DNA from: an uncultured Collinsella sp.
GTDB lineage: Bacteria; Actinomycetota; Coriobacteriia; Coriobacteriales; Coriobacteriaceae
Length of the DNA: 64,000 nucleotides
NCBI GenBank assembly: GCA_958354105.1
Contig: CATWVA010000001.1
Location: 202,501-266,500, forward strand
Direction of reading: 5' to 3'
Positions 17,652 through 28,372 of this stretch are shown in pieces. Each line of letters begins with the position of its first letter. Within the stretch, counting starts at the first letter, position 1. The notes under the pieces are model-generated. The model saw only the letters and a program-made list of their open reading frames with translations. It did no database searches and had not been told where the DNA came from. The translations under genes were made by a program, and so were the position numbers.

Positions 17652-18593
17652 TTAAGCCTTCAGGCTCAGGCCCATGGACTCAAGCTTGTCCTTCACTTCC
17701 TCGATCGACTTAACACCGAAGTTACGGATGTTGAGCAGATCGTTCTCCGAGAACTCAACGAGCTGACGGACCGAGTGAATGCTGGCGCGCTTAAGGCAGT
17801 TGTAGGAACGGACAGAAAGGTCCAGATCCTCGATCTGCTTGTCCAGCTCGGCGTTGTCGTTGGTGACCTCGGGAGCGAAGATCGAAGCCTCCTCCTCGAC
17901 CTCGGGGGTCTCGGCAAGGTTCATAAAGGCAGCCATATGCTGGTTGATGATATTGGCAGCCTGGACCACGGCGTCGCGCGGAGCGATGGAGCCGTTGGTC
18001 TCGATCTCGAGGACAAGGCGGTCGTAGTCGGTGTGCTGACCGACACGGCAAGCCTCAACGAGCTTGGCGCAACGGGACACCGGCGAGTACAGCGAGTCGA
18101 CGTGGATCACACCGATGGGATCGTTGTCGCGCTTGTTAGCCTCGCCAGAGACATAGCCGCGGCCATAGCCGATGCGCATGCTCATGGTGAGATGGCCGCC
18201 CTCGGTGAGCGTAGCGATGTGCTGCTCGGGGTTGACCAGCTCAAACTCGGACGGAATAAAGAAGTCCGCACCGGTGACCTCGCAGGGGCCGTCAACCGAG
18301 ATGGTGGCGGTCGCCTCGTCGGTCGTGCCGAGAGCCCTGAAGACAAGACCCTTGACATTCAGGACGATGTCGGTGACATCCTCGACCATGTTAGGGATGG
18401 TCATGAACTCGTGCTGTGCACCATCGATCTGAATAGCCTCGACGGCGGCACCCTCGAGCGAGGACAGAAGTACGCGACGAAGGGAGTTACCCAGCGTATC
18501 GCCGTAGCCACGCTCGAGCGGCTCGACGGAGACACGAGCAGACGTCTCGTTGATCTCTTCGACCTGAACCTGAGGCCTAATGAATTCTGACAT
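17652..18593 (-). CDS. rpoA: DNA-directed RNA polymerase subunit alpha
   Basis: 313 aa with an alpha NTD and a CTD (DLSVRSYNCLKRASIHSVRQL). Lies between rpsD and rplQ. Confidence 0.97.
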   Translation of the reverse strand: MSEFIRPQVQVEEINETSARVSVEPLERGYGDTLGNSLRRVLLSSLEGAAVEAIQIDGAQHEFMTIPNMVEDVTDIVLNVKGLVFRALGTTDEATATISVDGPCEVTGADFFIPSEFELVNPEQHIATLTEGGHLTMSMRIGYGRGYVSGEANKRDNDPIGVIHVDSLYSPVSRCAKLVEACRVGQHTDYDRLVLEIETNGSIAPRDAVVQAANIINQHMAAFMNLAETPEVEEEASIFAPEVTNDNAELDKQIEDLDLSVRSYNCLKRASIHSVRQLVEFSENDLLNIRNFGVKSIEEVKDKLESMGLSLKA

Positions 18594-18625
18594 GTATTAC
18601 CTCCAGCCTCAGCAGCCCGGATGGA

Positions 18626-19222
18626 CTACTTAGAGTAGAGCTCGACGATGAGCTGCTCGTTGATATCACCGCTGATCTGCTCACGCGTCGGCAGAGCGAG
18701 CACGTTACCAGACAGCTTCTCGATATCGACCTCGAGCCAGCCAGGGACCTCAAAGCGCTCGGAGGAAATCAGAGCCTCCTTGATGGGGAGGAGGTCACGG
18801 AACTTCTCGCCGACAGCGACGACGTCGCCGGCCTTGACGCGGTAGGACGGGATGTCCACGCGCTTGCCGTTCACGGTGAAGTGACCGTGACGGACGGACT
18901 GACGAGCCTCTTTGCGGGTGCGGGCGAAGCCAAGACGGAAGACGACGTTGTCGAGGCGAGACTCAAGGATGATCATGAGGTTCTCACCGGTGACGCCGTT
19001 CATCTTGCGGGCCTTGTTGAAGTAGCCGTGGAACTGCTTCTCCAGAACGCCATAGATGAACTTGACCTTCTGCTTCTCGCGCAGCTGCATGCCGTACTCA
19101 GATTCCTTGCGACGGCGCTTGGGCTGACGGATAGATTCCTTCTTGCTGCTGTAACCGAGCTCAGCGGGATCGATCCCGAGCTGACGGCAGCGCTTAAGAA
19201 CAGGAGTCCTGTCGATTGCCAT
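18626..19222 (-). CDS. rpsD: 30S ribosomal protein S4
   Basis: 198 aa. SEYGMQLREKQKVKFIYGVLEKQF plus an S4 RNA-binding domain. Confidence 0.97.
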   Translation of the reverse strand: MAIDRTPVLKRCRQLGIDPAELGYSSKKESIRQPKRRRKESEYGMQLREKQKVKFIYGVLEKQFHGYFNKARKMNGVTGENLMIILESRLDNVVFRLGFARTRKEARQSVRHGHFTVNGKRVDIPSYRVKAGDVVAVGEKFRDLLPIKEALISSERFEVPGWLEVDIEKLSGNVLALPTREQISGDINEQLIVELYSK

Positions 19223-19241
19223 ATTGATACGATCCTTTCAG

Positions 19242-19646
19242 TTACACGCGGCGACGCTTCTTGGGGCGGCAGCCGTTGTGCGGGATGGGGGTCTTGTCCT
19301 GGATGCTCGAGACCTCGAGGCCAGCAGCCTGGAGGGAGCGGATGGCGGTCTCACGACCGGAGCCGGGGCCCTTGACGAAGACGGAAACCTTCTTCATACC
19401 GTGCTCCATGGCCTGCTTGGCAGCAGCCTCGGCAGCCATCTGGGCAGCGAACGGCGTGGACTTACGGGAGCCCTTGAAGCCCACCTGGCCAGCCGACTTC
19501 CAGGAAATGACGTTGCCCTGGGGATCGGTGATCGAAACGATCGTGTTGTTGAACGTAGAACGAATGTGAGCCTGGCCCACGGAAATGTTCTTACGGTCCG
19601 CGCGCTTCAGACGGGCAGCGCGAACGTTCTTCTTAGCAGTAGCCAT
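19242..19646 (-). CDS. rpsK: 30S ribosomal protein S11
   Basis: 134 aa. [22 protein letters not shown] ... [15 protein letters not shown]. Confidence 0.97.
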   Translation of the reverse strand: MATAKKNVRAARLKRADRKNISVGQAHIRSTFNNTIVSITDPQGNVISWKSAGQVGFKGSRKSTPFAAQMAAEAAAKQAMEHGMKKVSVFVKGPGSGRETAIRSLQAAGLEVSSIQDKTPIPHNGCRPKKRRRV

Positions 19647-19660
19647 CTATCTAGCGCTCC

Positions 19661-20035
19661 TTATTTCTTCTTCTTAGCACCGATCTGACGCTTCGGGCCC
19701 TTGCGGGTACGAGCGTTAGTGTGGGTGCGCTGGCCGCGGACCGGGAGGCCCTTGCGGTGACGAAGGCCGCGGTTGCAGCCGATGTCCATAAGGCGCTTGA
19801 CGTTCTGGTTGCGCTCACGGCGGAGGTCACCCTCAACCATGATCTGGTTCTTATCGATATAATCGCGGATGGCGTTAACCTCATCCTCGGTGAGGTCCTT
19901 AACGCGCGTATCCACGTTAACGTTGCACTCGACGCAGATCTTCGTCGCAGTGGTGCGGCCGATGCCGTAAATGTAGGTCAGACCGATCTCAACGCGCTTC
20001 TCACGCGGGAGGTCGACACCATTAATACGGGCCAA
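19661..20035 (-). CDS. rpsM: 30S ribosomal protein S13
   Basis: 124 aa. [26 protein letters not shown]. Confidence 0.97.
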   Translation of the reverse strand: MARINGVDLPREKRVEIGLTYIYGIGRTTATKICVECNVNVDTRVKDLTEDEVNAIRDYIDKNQIMVEGDLRRERNQNVKRLMDIGCNRGLRHRKGLPVRGQRTHTNARTRKGPKRQIGAKKKK

Positions 20036-20049
20036 CGTAGTCTCCTCTC

Positions 20050-20163
20050 TTAACCCTGACGCTGCTTATGACGGGGGTTCTCGCAAATGACGAGGACCTT
20101 GCCATGGCGCCTAATGATTTTGCACTTATCGCACATCTTCTTGACCGAAGGACGTACCTTCAT
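20050..20163 (-). CDS. rpmJ: 50S ribosomal protein L36
   Basis: Not in the ORF track because it is under 60 aa. Manual translation of the minus strand gives [37 protein letters not shown] (37 aa, zinc-ribbon form). Confidence 0.93.
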   Translation of the reverse strand: MKVRPSVKKMCDKCKIIRRHGKVLVICENPRHKQRQG

Positions 20164-20313
20164 CGTTCTTCCTTTCGGTAGCGCTCAAACTACTTCCCTA
20201 CTATCTACTCGCCCAGCCGCAGGCGTTTAAAACTATGGCTGGTCTTCACACACAATCCGACCGTAGGTTGAGCTAAGCCTGCAGCCGGAAATGGAGTGCG
20301 TGTATGCGTGCCG

Positions 20314-20538
20314 CTATTTGTAGCGATAGGTGATGCGGCCGCGGGTCAGGTCGTACGGGGAAAGCTCCACGACAACCCTGTCACCGGGGAGAATACGGAT
20401 GTAATTCATTCGGATCTTGCCAGAAATGTTGCACAGAACCGAATGACCGTTCTCGAGCTCGACCTTAAACATGGCGTTGGGCAGCGGTTCCTTTACCGTA
20501 CCCTCGAGCTCAATTGCGTCTTCCTTCTTCACAAGCAA
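20314..20538 (-). CDS. infA: translation initiation factor IF-1
   Basis: 74 aa. [47 protein letters not shown]. Confidence 0.96.
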   Translation of the reverse strand: MLVKKEDAIELEGTVKEPLPNAMFKVELENGHSVLCNISGKIRMNYIRILPGDRVVVELSPYDLTRGRITYRYK

Positions 20539-20661
20539 TCATCTTTCTCTAGAAAACGACAGCGATTGAGTATTCTACAATACGCATGCACGTATCGTAG
20601 TATCTTCGTAATGGCTCCACAACTAAGCGGAACTTGTTACATTTGAGAAATGTAAAACAAA

Positions 20662-20761
20662 GCCGTTCCCTGATGCCCAAGATCGCCTTGAAATGAGAAG
20701 GCATAGACCTTGGGGTCATGCCTTCGAAATTGAAAGGCGAGGTTGGGCATCAGGGGGCGGC
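20662..20761. repeat. about 100-nt compound palindromic element, copy 2 (between map and infA)
   Basis: Outer stem ccctgatgcccaa/ttgggcatcaggg; middle stem tcgcctt/aaggcga; internal loops gaaatga and gaaattg; inner stem gaaggcat/atgccttc; apex gacc-ttgg-ggtc. Confidence 0.75.
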
Positions 20762-20766
20762 GACTT

Positions 20767-21555
20767 TTACATTTCACCGCCTTGCAAGGAACACCAAGCA
20801 CCCTGGGCATCCGTGGTGAGAATCACCGGACCGTCATTGGTAATGGCGACGGTGTTCTCGTAGTGTGCGGCGGGCAGGTGGTCGTTGGTCGTAACAATCC
20901 AACCGTCGGAGCCCGTGCTCACATGGTTGGAACCCATCGTAACCATCGGCTCGATGGCAATGACCATGCCGGCCTGGAGGCGAACGCCCCTCCCCTTCTT
21001 TCCATAGTTAGGAACGTTGGGGTCCTCGTGCATCACGCGGCCAATGCCATGGCCCACATAGTCACGAAGCACGCCGTAACCGTGAGACTCGGCGAGGGAC
21101 TGAACGGCGTAACCAACATCCCCGATATGGTTACCGGGAACAGCCTGCTCGATGGCAGCCTTAAGGCAATCGCGCGTGACCTCGCACAGGGCCTTGGCCT
21201 CGGGCGTGGGTGTGCCGACAAAAAACGTCCAAGCGTTATCGCCAACCCAACCGTCGACAACGGCTCCCGTATCGATGGAGATGATATCGCCATCGCGCAG
21301 GATCATGTCGGGGTTGGGAATACCGTGGACCACGGCATCGTTAATCGATGCGCAAATGGTACCGGGGAACCCGCCGTAACCCTTAAAGGCCGGGGTGCCG
21401 CCATGCATACGGATAATCTGCTCCGCGAGCTGATCGAGCTCAAAGGTCGAAACACCAGGGCGCACCATGGCTCCAACGTGGCGGAGCGCCATCTTAGATA
21501 GCGCTCCTGCCTTCTTCATCTGCTCGATTTGCGTTGCAGACTTAATCTTGATCAT
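20767..21555 (-). CDS. map: type I methionine aminopeptidase
   Basis: 262 aa. VVHGIPN, DIISIDTGAVVDGW, GHGIG and FAIEPM-type metal-ligand motifs. Confidence 0.95.
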   Translation of the reverse strand: MIKIKSATQIEQMKKAGALSKMALRHVGAMVRPGVSTFELDQLAEQIIRMHGGTPAFKGYGGFPGTICASINDAVVHGIPNPDMILRDGDIISIDTGAVVDGWVGDNAWTFFVGTPTPEAKALCEVTRDCLKAAIEQAVPGNHIGDVGYAVQSLAESHGYGVLRDYVGHGIGRVMHEDPNVPNYGKKGRGVRLQAGMVIAIEPMVTMGSNHVSTGSDGWIVTTNDHLPAAHYENTVAITNDGPVILTTDAQGAWCSLQGGEM

Positions 21556-22178
21556 AGACCAAGAGCCTCTTTGACATCCCCGTACACGGTCTCGCGAGCC
21601 TGGTCACCGTTGACCGACTTGAGCAGACCCTGGCCACGATAGTAGTCGACGAGCGGGCTCGTGGACTTCTCGTAGACGTCGAGACGGTTCTTGATGGTCT
21701 CGGGCTTGTCGTCGTCGCGCTGATACATCTCGCCGGCGCACTTGGGGCAGGTAGCATCGGCAGCGGTGCCGGTGTAACCGCAGGCGCGGCAGGTGCGACG
21801 CGAAGACAGACGATCGATGATGACCTCGGGGGCCACGTCGACCAGAAGGGCGCAGTCGATCTCGCGACCCATGGCGGAGAGCTCGGAATCGAGCGTCACA
21901 GCCTGGGCGGTGTTGCGCGGGAAGCCGTCGAGGATGAAGCCCTGCTGGGCGTCATCGGCAGCAAGGCGCTCCTTGACAAGGTCGATCACGAGCTGGTCGG
22001 GAACGAGCTCGCCAGCGTCCATGTACTTCTTAGCCTGAATACCAAGCTCGGTGCCACCCTTGACGGCAGCACGCAGCAGGTCGCCCGTGGAAATGTGAGC
22101 GACGCCAAACTCGGCGACGAGCTCCTGTGCGACGGTGCCCTTACCGGCACCCGGAGCTCCGAGCAATACGAGGTTCAT
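21552..22178 (-). CDS. adk: adenylate kinase (zinc-lid form)
   Basis: MNLVLLGAPGAGKGT P-loop. The lid carries CRACG...CPKC. ATG 22178 is preceded by GGAGGA; the track start at 22184 is a TTG. Confidence 0.95.
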   Translation of the reverse strand: MNLVLLGAPGAGKGTVAQELVAEFGVAHISTGDLLRAAVKGGTELGIQAKKYMDAGELVPDQLVIDLVKERLAADDAQQGFILDGFPRNTAQAVTLDSELSAMGREIDCALLVDVAPEVIIDRLSSRRTCRACGYTGTAADATCPKCAGEMYQRDDDKPETIKNRLDVYEKSTSPLVDYYRGQGLLKSVNGDQARETVYGDVKEALGL

Positions 22179-22196
22179 GAGCAATCCTCCTCTAGC

Positions 22197-23483
22197 CTAT
22201 TTAAAGAATCCATCGTAATCATACATCTTGATCTGGCCTTCGAGCTTATCGACCGTGTCGAGCACGACGCCGACCATGATGAGGATGGACGTGCCGCCAA
22301 ATGCCTGGATCAGATGGTTACCCGTGAAGGAGAAGATGATCGAAGGCACGATGGCGATGAGCGCCAAAAAGACAGCGCTGGGAAGCGTGATCTTGTTGAG
22401 CGCGTTCTTGATGTAGGCCGCGGTAGCCCTACCCGGACGGACGCCCGGAATAAAGCCGCCCTGCTTCTTAAGGTTGTCGGCCGTGTCATCGGGGTTGAAC
22501 ACCATGGAGGTGTAGAAGTACGCGAAGAACACGATGAGGACAACATTAAGCACCCAGTTGAGCCAACCGGTCGAAAGCGCAGAGGCAACTGCCTGAATCC
22601 AGCCGATGCCGGGGAAGAACACGGCAATCTGAGCCGGGAAGTACAGCAGCGCCGAAGCGAAGATGATCGGCACGACACCCGCGGTATTGACCTTGATGGG
22701 CAGGTAGGTGGTCTGGCCACCCATCATGCGACGGCCCACGACGCGCTTAGCGTAGGAGACCGGGATGCGGCGCTGGCCGCGCTCAAGAAAAACAATCAGC
22801 GGGATAACCAGCAGGATGATGGCGCAGATGATCACCATGGTGATGATGCCACCGGCATTACCCTCGGTGCTGGAGAAGATCGCCTGCGGCAGGCCGGCCA
22901 TGATGTTCGCAAAGATGATCAGGGACATGCCATTGCCGATACCGCGCTGGGTGATGAGCTCACCAATCCACATGATCAGCATAGCGCCCGCAGTGAGCGT
23001 GCCGACGATCATGAGGTCGAAGATGATCTCGGGAGCGCCGGCGCCATTAAAGCTGATGCCGAAGCTCTTAAAGAGGAAGAGGTAACCCACGGAGTTGAGG
23101 ATTGCCAGAGCCAGGGTGAGGTAACGCGAATACTGCGTAATCTTGGTCTGACCGACCTCGCCCTCGCGGGCAAGCTCATGCAGGGAAGGCACAACGGCCT
23201 GGAGCATCTGGAGGATGATTGAGCTGGTGATGTAAGGCATGATGCCCAGCGAAAACACCGACACATAGCTCAACGCGCCGCCAGAGAAAAGATTCAGGAG
23301 GGCCATAGCACCTGCGGCGACCGAATTGTTATCGGTCGAGAAAAGGCCCAGCATCCCCTGGAAGGGAATGCCGGGCACAGGAACGTGCGCACCAATGCGG
23401 TACACGACGAGCATAGCTATGGTAAAAAGAATCTTTTCGCGCAATTCTTTGATGCGGAAAGCATTCTTAAGACCATTTAGCAC
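22197..23483 (-). CDS. secY: preprotein translocase subunit SecY
   Basis: 428 aa, 10-TM pattern, conserved position between rplO and adk. Confidence 0.96.
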   Translation of the reverse strand: MLNGLKNAFRIKELREKILFTIAMLVVYRIGAHVPVPGIPFQGMLGLFSTDNNSVAAGAMALLNLFSGGALSYVSVFSLGIMPYITSSIILQMLQAVVPSLHELAREGEVGQTKITQYSRYLTLALAILNSVGYLFLFKSFGISFNGAGAPEIIFDLMIVGTLTAGAMLIMWIGELITQRGIGNGMSLIIFANIMAGLPQAIFSSTEGNAGGIITMVIICAIILLVIPLIVFLERGQRRIPVSYAKRVVGRRMMGGQTTYLPIKVNTAGVVPIIFASALLYFPAQIAVFFPGIGWIQAVASALSTGWLNWVLNVVLIVFFAYFYTSMVFNPDDTADNLKKQGGFIPGVRPGRATAAYIKNALNKITLPSAVFLALIAIVPSIIFSFTGNHLIQAFGGTSILIMVGVVLDTVDKLEGQIKMYDYDGFFK

Positions 23484-23926
23484 GGCAGCTCGACCTTTCC
23501 GCCGGCGGCCTCGATCTTGGCCTGCGCAGAAGCGCTTACCTTGTCGACCTTGACCGTGAACTTCTTGGTGAGCTCACCATTGCCGAGCACCTTGACGGGC
23601 TCGAACTCGCTCTTGGTGATGCGAGCGGCCTTAAGAGCGGCACCGTCGATCACAGCGCCATCCTCGAACTTACGCTCGAGACGCTCAACGTTAACAGCGG
23701 TGTACTCGATACGACGGGGGTTGCGGAAGCCCGGAAGCTTGGGCAGGCGCATAGCCAGCGGAGTCTGGCCACCCTCGAAGCCGGCACCCTTGGTGCCGCC
23801 AGAGCGGGAACCCTGGCCCTTCTGGCCGCGGCCAGAAGTGGTGCCGTGACCCGAAGAATTGCCACGGCCGACGCGCTTGCGGTTCTTGGTGGAACCGGGC
23901 GCGGGAGTAAGATCGTGAAGCTGCAT
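23477..23926 (-). CDS. rplO: 50S ribosomal protein L15
   Basis: [38 protein letters not shown]. Confidence 0.96.
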   Translation of the reverse strand: MQLHDLTPAPGSTKNRKRVGRGNSSGHGTTSGRGQKGQGSRSGGTKGAGFEGGQTPLAMRLPKLPGFRNPRRIEYTAVNVERLERKFEDGAVIDGAALKAARITKSEFEPVKVLGNGELTKKFTVKVDKVSASAQAKIEAAGGKVELPC

Positions 23927-23929
23927 TTG

Positions 23930-24112
23930 CTACTCCTCTACAATCTCGACAAGGTGCTTGACCTTGAAGATCATGCCGCGGACGGACTCGTTGTCAGCAA
24001 TCTCGCGAACCTCGCGGATCCTGTGGAGACCGAGGGCACGGACAGTACGGACCTGGTCCTGCTTGCAACCGTTGGTGCTGCGGACCTGCTTGATCTTGAT
24101 GGTGTCAGCCAT
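23930..24112 (-). CDS. rpmD: 50S ribosomal protein L30
   Basis: 60 aa. IKIKQVRSTNGCKQDQVRTVRALGL. Confidence 0.95.
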   Translation of the reverse strand: MADTIKIKQVRSTNGCKQDQVRTVRALGLHRIREVREIADNESVRGMIFKVKHLVEIVEE

Positions 24113-24114
24113 GC

Positions 24115-24639
24115 TTAGTTCTCCTTACCGACGAACATCTCGGAGACCGTCAGGCCACGGCGAGCCGCGACGTCCTCAGGGCTGGAGAGCTCCTTGAGGC
24201 CCTCGACGGCAGCCTTGATGATGTTGAGGCCATTGTCGGTACCGAGGGACTTGGACAGGACGTTCTTGATGCCAGCAAGCTCAAAGAGGGGACGCACAGC
24301 GCCGCCGGCGATAACGCCGGTACCCTCGACAGCGGGCTTAATGATGATGCGGCCGGCACCAAAGTGGCCGAGAACCTCGTGCGGGATGGTGCCCTGCTCG
24401 GTCACCGGCACGTGGAACATGTTCTTCTTGGCATCGAGAGATGCCTTGGAGATGGCCATGGGCACCTCAGCGGACTTGCCCATGCCAACGCCGACGTTGC
24501 CCTTGCCGTCGCCAACGACGACGAGAGCGACGAGGCTCATGCGACGACCACCCTTGACGGTCTTCGACACGCGGTTGATGTAAACGACGCGCTCCTCGAA
24601 CTCGGAGGCCTCGCGCTGCTGCTTCTGATTACGAGCCAT
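24115..24639 (-). CDS. rpsE: 30S ribosomal protein S5
   Basis: 174 aa. [38 protein letters not shown]. Confidence 0.97.
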   Translation of the reverse strand: MARNQKQQREASEFEERVVYINRVSKTVKGGRRMSLVALVVVGDGKGNVGVGMGKSAEVPMAISKASLDAKKNMFHVPVTEQGTIPHEVLGHFGAGRIIIKPAVEGTGVIAGGAVRPLFELAGIKNVLSKSLGTDNGLNIIKAAVEGLKELSSPEDVAARRGLTVSEMFVGKEN

Positions 24640-24653
24640 GTGCTACATACCTC

Positions 24654-25022
24654 CTAGAACTCGAGACCGGCGGCACGAGCACCGTCGGCGAGGGCCTTGA
24701 CGCGGCCATGGTAGATACGGCCACCGCGATCGAAGGCGACCTTGGTGATGCCGGCCTCGATGGCGCGCTTGCCAACGAGCTGACCGACCTTCTCCGCAGC
24801 CTCCTTGTTCGAGGTGTGGGTGCCCTTGAACTCGGCCTCGAGGGTCGAGGCAGAGACGAGCGTCAGGCTGGAGCCCTTGCTGTCGTCGATGATCTGGGCA
24901 TAGATGTTGGCGTTAGTACGGGTCACGCGAAGACGCGGACGCTCGGAGGTACCCGAGACCTTGCCGCGAACACGACGCTGACGACGCTTGAGGCCTTCCA
25001 GCTTCGCCTTATGCTTGTTCAT
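24654..25022 (-). CDS. rplR: 50S ribosomal protein L18
   Basis: 122 aa. [20 protein letters not shown] ... [20 protein letters not shown]. Confidence 0.97.
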   Translation of the reverse strand: MNKHKAKLEGLKRRQRRVRGKVSGTSERPRLRVTRTNANIYAQIIDDSKGSSLTLVSASTLEAEFKGTHTSNKEAAEKVGQLVGKRAIEAGITKVAFDRGGRIYHGRVKALADGARAAGLEF

Positions 25023-25097
25023 ACGTAAACTCCTAAAAAGGTTGATCTTGCCAGCACCTGACGGGGTGCTGGTCTTATGCGAGTGAGTCGGTTACGA

Positions 25098-25634
25098 CTA
25101 CTTGGCGGCCTTACCCAGCTTGCGGCGGATGTGCTCGCCAACGTAGTGGATACCCTTGCCCTTGTAAGGCTCGGGAGGACGATGGCCGCGGATCTCAGCG
25201 GCGATCTGACCGACCTGCTGCTTGTTGATACCCTTGACGTTCACGTGGGTGTTGTCGGGAACCTCGAAGGTGATGCCCTCGGGAGCCTCGACGATCACGG
25301 GGTGCGAGAAGCCCAGGGAGAACTCGAGGTTCTTGCCCTTCTGCTGTACGCGGTAACCGACGCCGGCGAGCTCGAGCTTCTTCTCGAAGCCCTCGGAAAC
25401 GCCAACAACCATGTTGTGGATGAGGGCGCGGGTGAGGCCGTGGCGGGCACGGGTCTCACGCTCGTCGTCGGGACGGGAAACGGTGAGGACGTTGTCCTCG
25501 ACGTTGATAGCGAGCTTCTCAAAGACATCGAGCTCGAGCTGGCCCTTGGGGCCCTTGACGACAACGTTGTTGCCGTTGACTGCCACTTCGACTCCGGCGG
25601 GAATCTGGACAGGCTTATTACCGATACGAGACAC
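25098..25634 (-). CDS. rplF: 50S ribosomal protein L6
   Basis: 178 aa. [17 protein letters not shown] ... PEPYKGKGI. Confidence 0.97.
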   Translation of the reverse strand: MSRIGNKPVQIPAGVEVAVNGNNVVVKGPKGQLELDVFEKLAINVEDNVLTVSRPDDERETRARHGLTRALIHNMVVGVSEGFEKKLELAGVGYRVQQKGKNLEFSLGFSHPVIVEAPEGITFEVPDNTHVNVKGINKQQVGQIAAEIRGHRPPEPYKGKGIHYVGEHIRRKLGKAAK

Positions 25635-25667
25635 GGTGATCTCCTTTCCTTCTACCTACCGAGCGAA

Positions 25668-26066
25668 TTACCAGACGTAAGCGATGATCTCGCCGCCGAC
25701 GTTGTGCTTGCGAGCATCGCGGTCGGTCATGACGCCATGGCTGGTGGAAATAATGGCGGTACCAAGGCCACCGCGGACGCGGGGCATGTCGGCAACGCCG
25801 GTGTACTTACGCAGGCCCGGCTTGGAAATGCGGCGGATGCCGTTGATGACCTTAGCCTTCTTGGGACCATACTTAAGCGTGATGTGCAGAGTCTTCTGGG
25901 GAACGGTGTCCTCGACATCGTAGCCCTCGATGTAGCCCTCCTCGTGCAGAACACGAGCGATCTCGACGAGCTTCTTGCTGCTCGGCATGGAGACCGTGGC
26001 CTTGTTCACAGAGTTAGCGTTACGGATGCGCGTAAGCATATCTGCGATCGGGTCTGTAAGGTTCAT
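25668..26066 (-). CDS. rpsH: 30S ribosomal protein S8
   Basis: 132 aa. [16 protein letters not shown] ... GGEIIAYVW. Confidence 0.97.
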   Translation of the reverse strand: MNLTDPIADMLTRIRNANSVNKATVSMPSSKKLVEIARVLHEEGYIEGYDVEDTVPQKTLHITLKYGPKKAKVINGIRRISKPGLRKYTGVADMPRVRGGLGTAIISTSHGVMTDRDARKHNVGGEIIAYVW

Positions 26067-26185
26067 ACAGATTCTCCTTCGTTCTTGATGAACACGTGCT
26101 CTTGGTTCTTCGCCGCCCTTAACGGCAAAGCCTTTTTAGCGCGTTTTCCCTGTTCCAAACTGATGCTTGAAACGCTGGTAGTGAC

Positions 26186-26371
26186 TTACCAGCTGGCCTT
26201 CTTAACGCCGGGAAGCTCGCCCTTGAGTGCAAGCTCGCGGAAGCAGACACGGCACAGGCCGAACTTGCGGTACACAGAGTGCGGACGGCCGCAGCGCTGG
26301 CAGCGCGTGTACTCACGAGTAGAGAACTTCTGCTTGCGATTGCACTTGACGATCATCGATGTCTTAGCCAC
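26186..26371 (-). CDS. rpsN: 30S ribosomal protein S14, type Z (zinc-binding)
   Basis: 61 aa. [23 protein letters not shown]. Confidence 0.96.
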   Translation of the reverse strand: MAKTSMIVKCNRKQKFSTREYTRCQRCGRPHSVYRKFGLCRVCFRELALKGELPGVKKASW

Positions 26372-26450
26372 TTATATCCTCCTCACATAGAGTATTGTTC
26401 GCCCCAAGCGCCGCCCCCTTGTGGGAACGGCGCTTATAGGGCAGGTGAAC

Positions 26451-27008
26451 CTATTTCTTGAACGGGAAACCGAAGGCGTCCAGAAGGGCCTTGGCCTCCT
26501 CATCGGTGTTGGCGGTGGTCACGAAAGTGATGTCCATACCACGCTGGTGATCGACGGAGTCGAAGTCGATCTCGGGGAAGATGAGCTGCTCGGTAACGCC
26601 CATGGAGAAGTTACCACGGCCGTCGAAGCTCTTGGCGGAGATGCCGCGGAAGTCGCGGATACGGGGGATCGCGACGGAGGTCAGACGATCGAAGAACTCC
26701 CACATACGGTCGCCACGCAGGGTAACCTTGCAGCCGATCGGCATACCAGCGCGCAGGCGGAAGGTAGCGATGGACTTGCGGGCACGGGTGATCATCGGCT
26801 GCTGGCCGGTGATGGCGCGCAGGTCGCGCACGGCACCGTCGATGGCCTTGGAATCGGTAGCGGCCTCGCCGACACCCATGTTCACGACGATCTTCTCAAA
26901 CTTGGGGATCATCATGACGTTCTCGTACTGGAACTTGTCCTGAAGCTGCTGCTTGACCTCGTTGTTGTACTTGGTCTTCAGACGCGGCACATACTTCTCT
27001 TCTGCCAT
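26451..27008 (-). CDS. rplE: 50S ribosomal protein L5
   Basis: 185 aa. [42 protein letters not shown]. Here it is the first gene after a terminator rather than following rplX. Confidence 0.97.
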   Translation of the reverse strand: MAEEKYVPRLKTKYNNEVKQQLQDKFQYENVMMIPKFEKIVVNMGVGEAATDSKAIDGAVRDLRAITGQQPMITRARKSIATFRLRAGMPIGCKVTLRGDRMWEFFDRLTSVAIPRIRDFRGISAKSFDGRGNFSMGVTEQLIFPEIDFDSVDHQRGMDITFVTTANTDEEAKALLDAFGFPFKK

Positions 27009-27145
27009 TGTTCACTCCTTCTTGGGGTTTTAAGCACGGGGCGTGGCCACGATGGGTTGTCCTCGTGCCTCCTGGCTGCATCCGCGCCGCTCATGGCATT
27101 TTGCGGTTTGGACTCGACGCAGCAGGAGCCGACAAAACAATCGGT

Positions 27146-27174
27146 ACTATACGCGTATCGGGAGCGTATTTCCA
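27146..27174 (-). promoter_or_regulatory. candidate sigma-70-type promoter for the rplE-led operon
   Basis: Minus strand reads TGGAAA-17 nt-TATAGT, about 135 nt upstream of the rplE ATG and downstream of the 27229-27302 terminator. Pattern match only. Confidence 0.25.
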
Positions 27175-27228
27175 GAAAAACCTCGTCTGCCTGCACAACT
27201 CCACAACTCCCCCGCACAAATGGGTCCC

Positions 27229-27302
27229 AAAAAGCAGTTGCGGTGAAATAGGGGCTGTTGGGCGGCCTAACAGGCTTAAACAATCCGTATTTCACCGCAA
27301 CT
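27229..27302 (-). terminator. rho-independent terminator after the xdhC-like gene (left junction of the 30-kb block)
   Basis: 15-bp perfect stem agttgcggtgaaata/tatttcaccgcaact (27236-27250 / 27288-27302) with a nested ctgtt/aacag hairpin in the loop. Followed on the minus strand by gcTTTTT. Confidence 0.75.
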
Positions 27303-27319
27303 TATTGGTGGGGATGCGA

Positions 27320-28363
27320 TTAGCGCTTGCGGGGGACGAGTTTGGTACGGCGCAGGTGGATCATCTCGGCGGCGATGGAGATGGCAATCTCCTCGGGATC
27401 CTCTGCCTCGATGGCGACTCCGATCGGCAGGTGCAGCTCGTCGATCTGGTCCTGCGTAAAGCCCTCCTGCTCCAGGCGGGCGCGCACAAAGGCCGTCTTG
27501 CGACGCGAGCCCAAGCAGCCCAGATAGGCGGGTTTGGCACGCATGGCTTGGATCACCACGTCGATATCGGACTTGTGGCCTGCCGTGGCCACGACCACCA
27601 AGTCGCGCGGGCCGATGGGACACAGCCCGCTCAGGCTCTTGTAATCGACCAGGCGACGATCGTAGACACCGGGCACCCATTCGAGCGTCAGCGTGCCGGG
27701 GCGGTCATCGCACGCCACAACAGCAAAGCCCGCCGCCGTGAGCACGCGCGCCGTCGCGGCGCCCACGTGCCCGCAGCCAAAGATGTAGGTCAGGCCCTCG
27801 GGGCAGAGCGTCTCGATGTGCGCCGGGGGGATCTCGGAGGCAGCGTTGGTGTAGGTGACCTTACTCCCCTCCTCCACCAGCGAAAGCTCGGGGCAGCCGA
27901 CAATGGTATGGCGCGATGCCTCGCCATGGCACTCGGCCACATCGCCCTCGAGGGCCTGGATGACAAACGGTTCAAAGTCGATGACGAAGTCGCCGATGCG
28001 TCGATACACCAAGACGTCGGCAACCGACTGGAACAACGGCGCCTGCGATACATCCAGGTGCAGATAGCACAGGCAGATGGCTCCGCCGCAGATCATGCCG
28101 GTATCGGAGTTCTCGCCACCCATGGTGTAGCGGACCAGACGCGATTGCCCTGCGGCCAGCAGCCCGCGCGCCTCGTCCAGCGCAAAGAGCTCGATCTTGC
28201 CGCCGCCGATGGTGCCCGCTTGGCTACCATCGGCAAAGACGGCCATCCAGGCGCCCACGCCGCGCGGCGATGACCCTGCCGTGCCGGCAACTACCACCAG
28301 CTCGCACGTCTTACCAGCCTTCAGAGCGCCAAGCGCAGCATTCACCACATCGAGCTTTTCCAT
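27320..28363 (-). CDS. xdhC: XdhC/CoxI-family molybdenum-cofactor insertion accessory protein
   Basis: 347 aa. N-terminal XdhC_CoxI-like segment (ELVVVAGTAGSSPRGVGAWM) and a C-terminal Rossmann segment (YIFGCGHVGAATA). Confidence 0.8.
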   Translation of the reverse strand: MEKLDVVNAALGALKAGKTCELVVVAGTAGSSPRGVGAWMAVFADGSQAGTIGGGKIELFALDEARGLLAAGQSRLVRYTMGGENSDTGMICGGAICLCYLHLDVSQAPLFQSVADVLVYRRIGDFVIDFEPFVIQALEGDVAECHGEASRHTIVGCPELSLVEEGSKVTYTNAASEIPPAHIETLCPEGLTYIFGCGHVGAATARVLTAAGFAVVACDDRPGTLTLEWVPGVYDRRLVDYKSLSGLCPIGPRDLVVVATAGHKSDIDVVIQAMRAKPAYLGCLGSRRKTAFVRARLEQEGFTQDQIDELHLPIGVAIEAEDPEEIAISIAAEMIHLRRTKLVPRKR

Positions 28364-28372
28364 TGCAATTTC

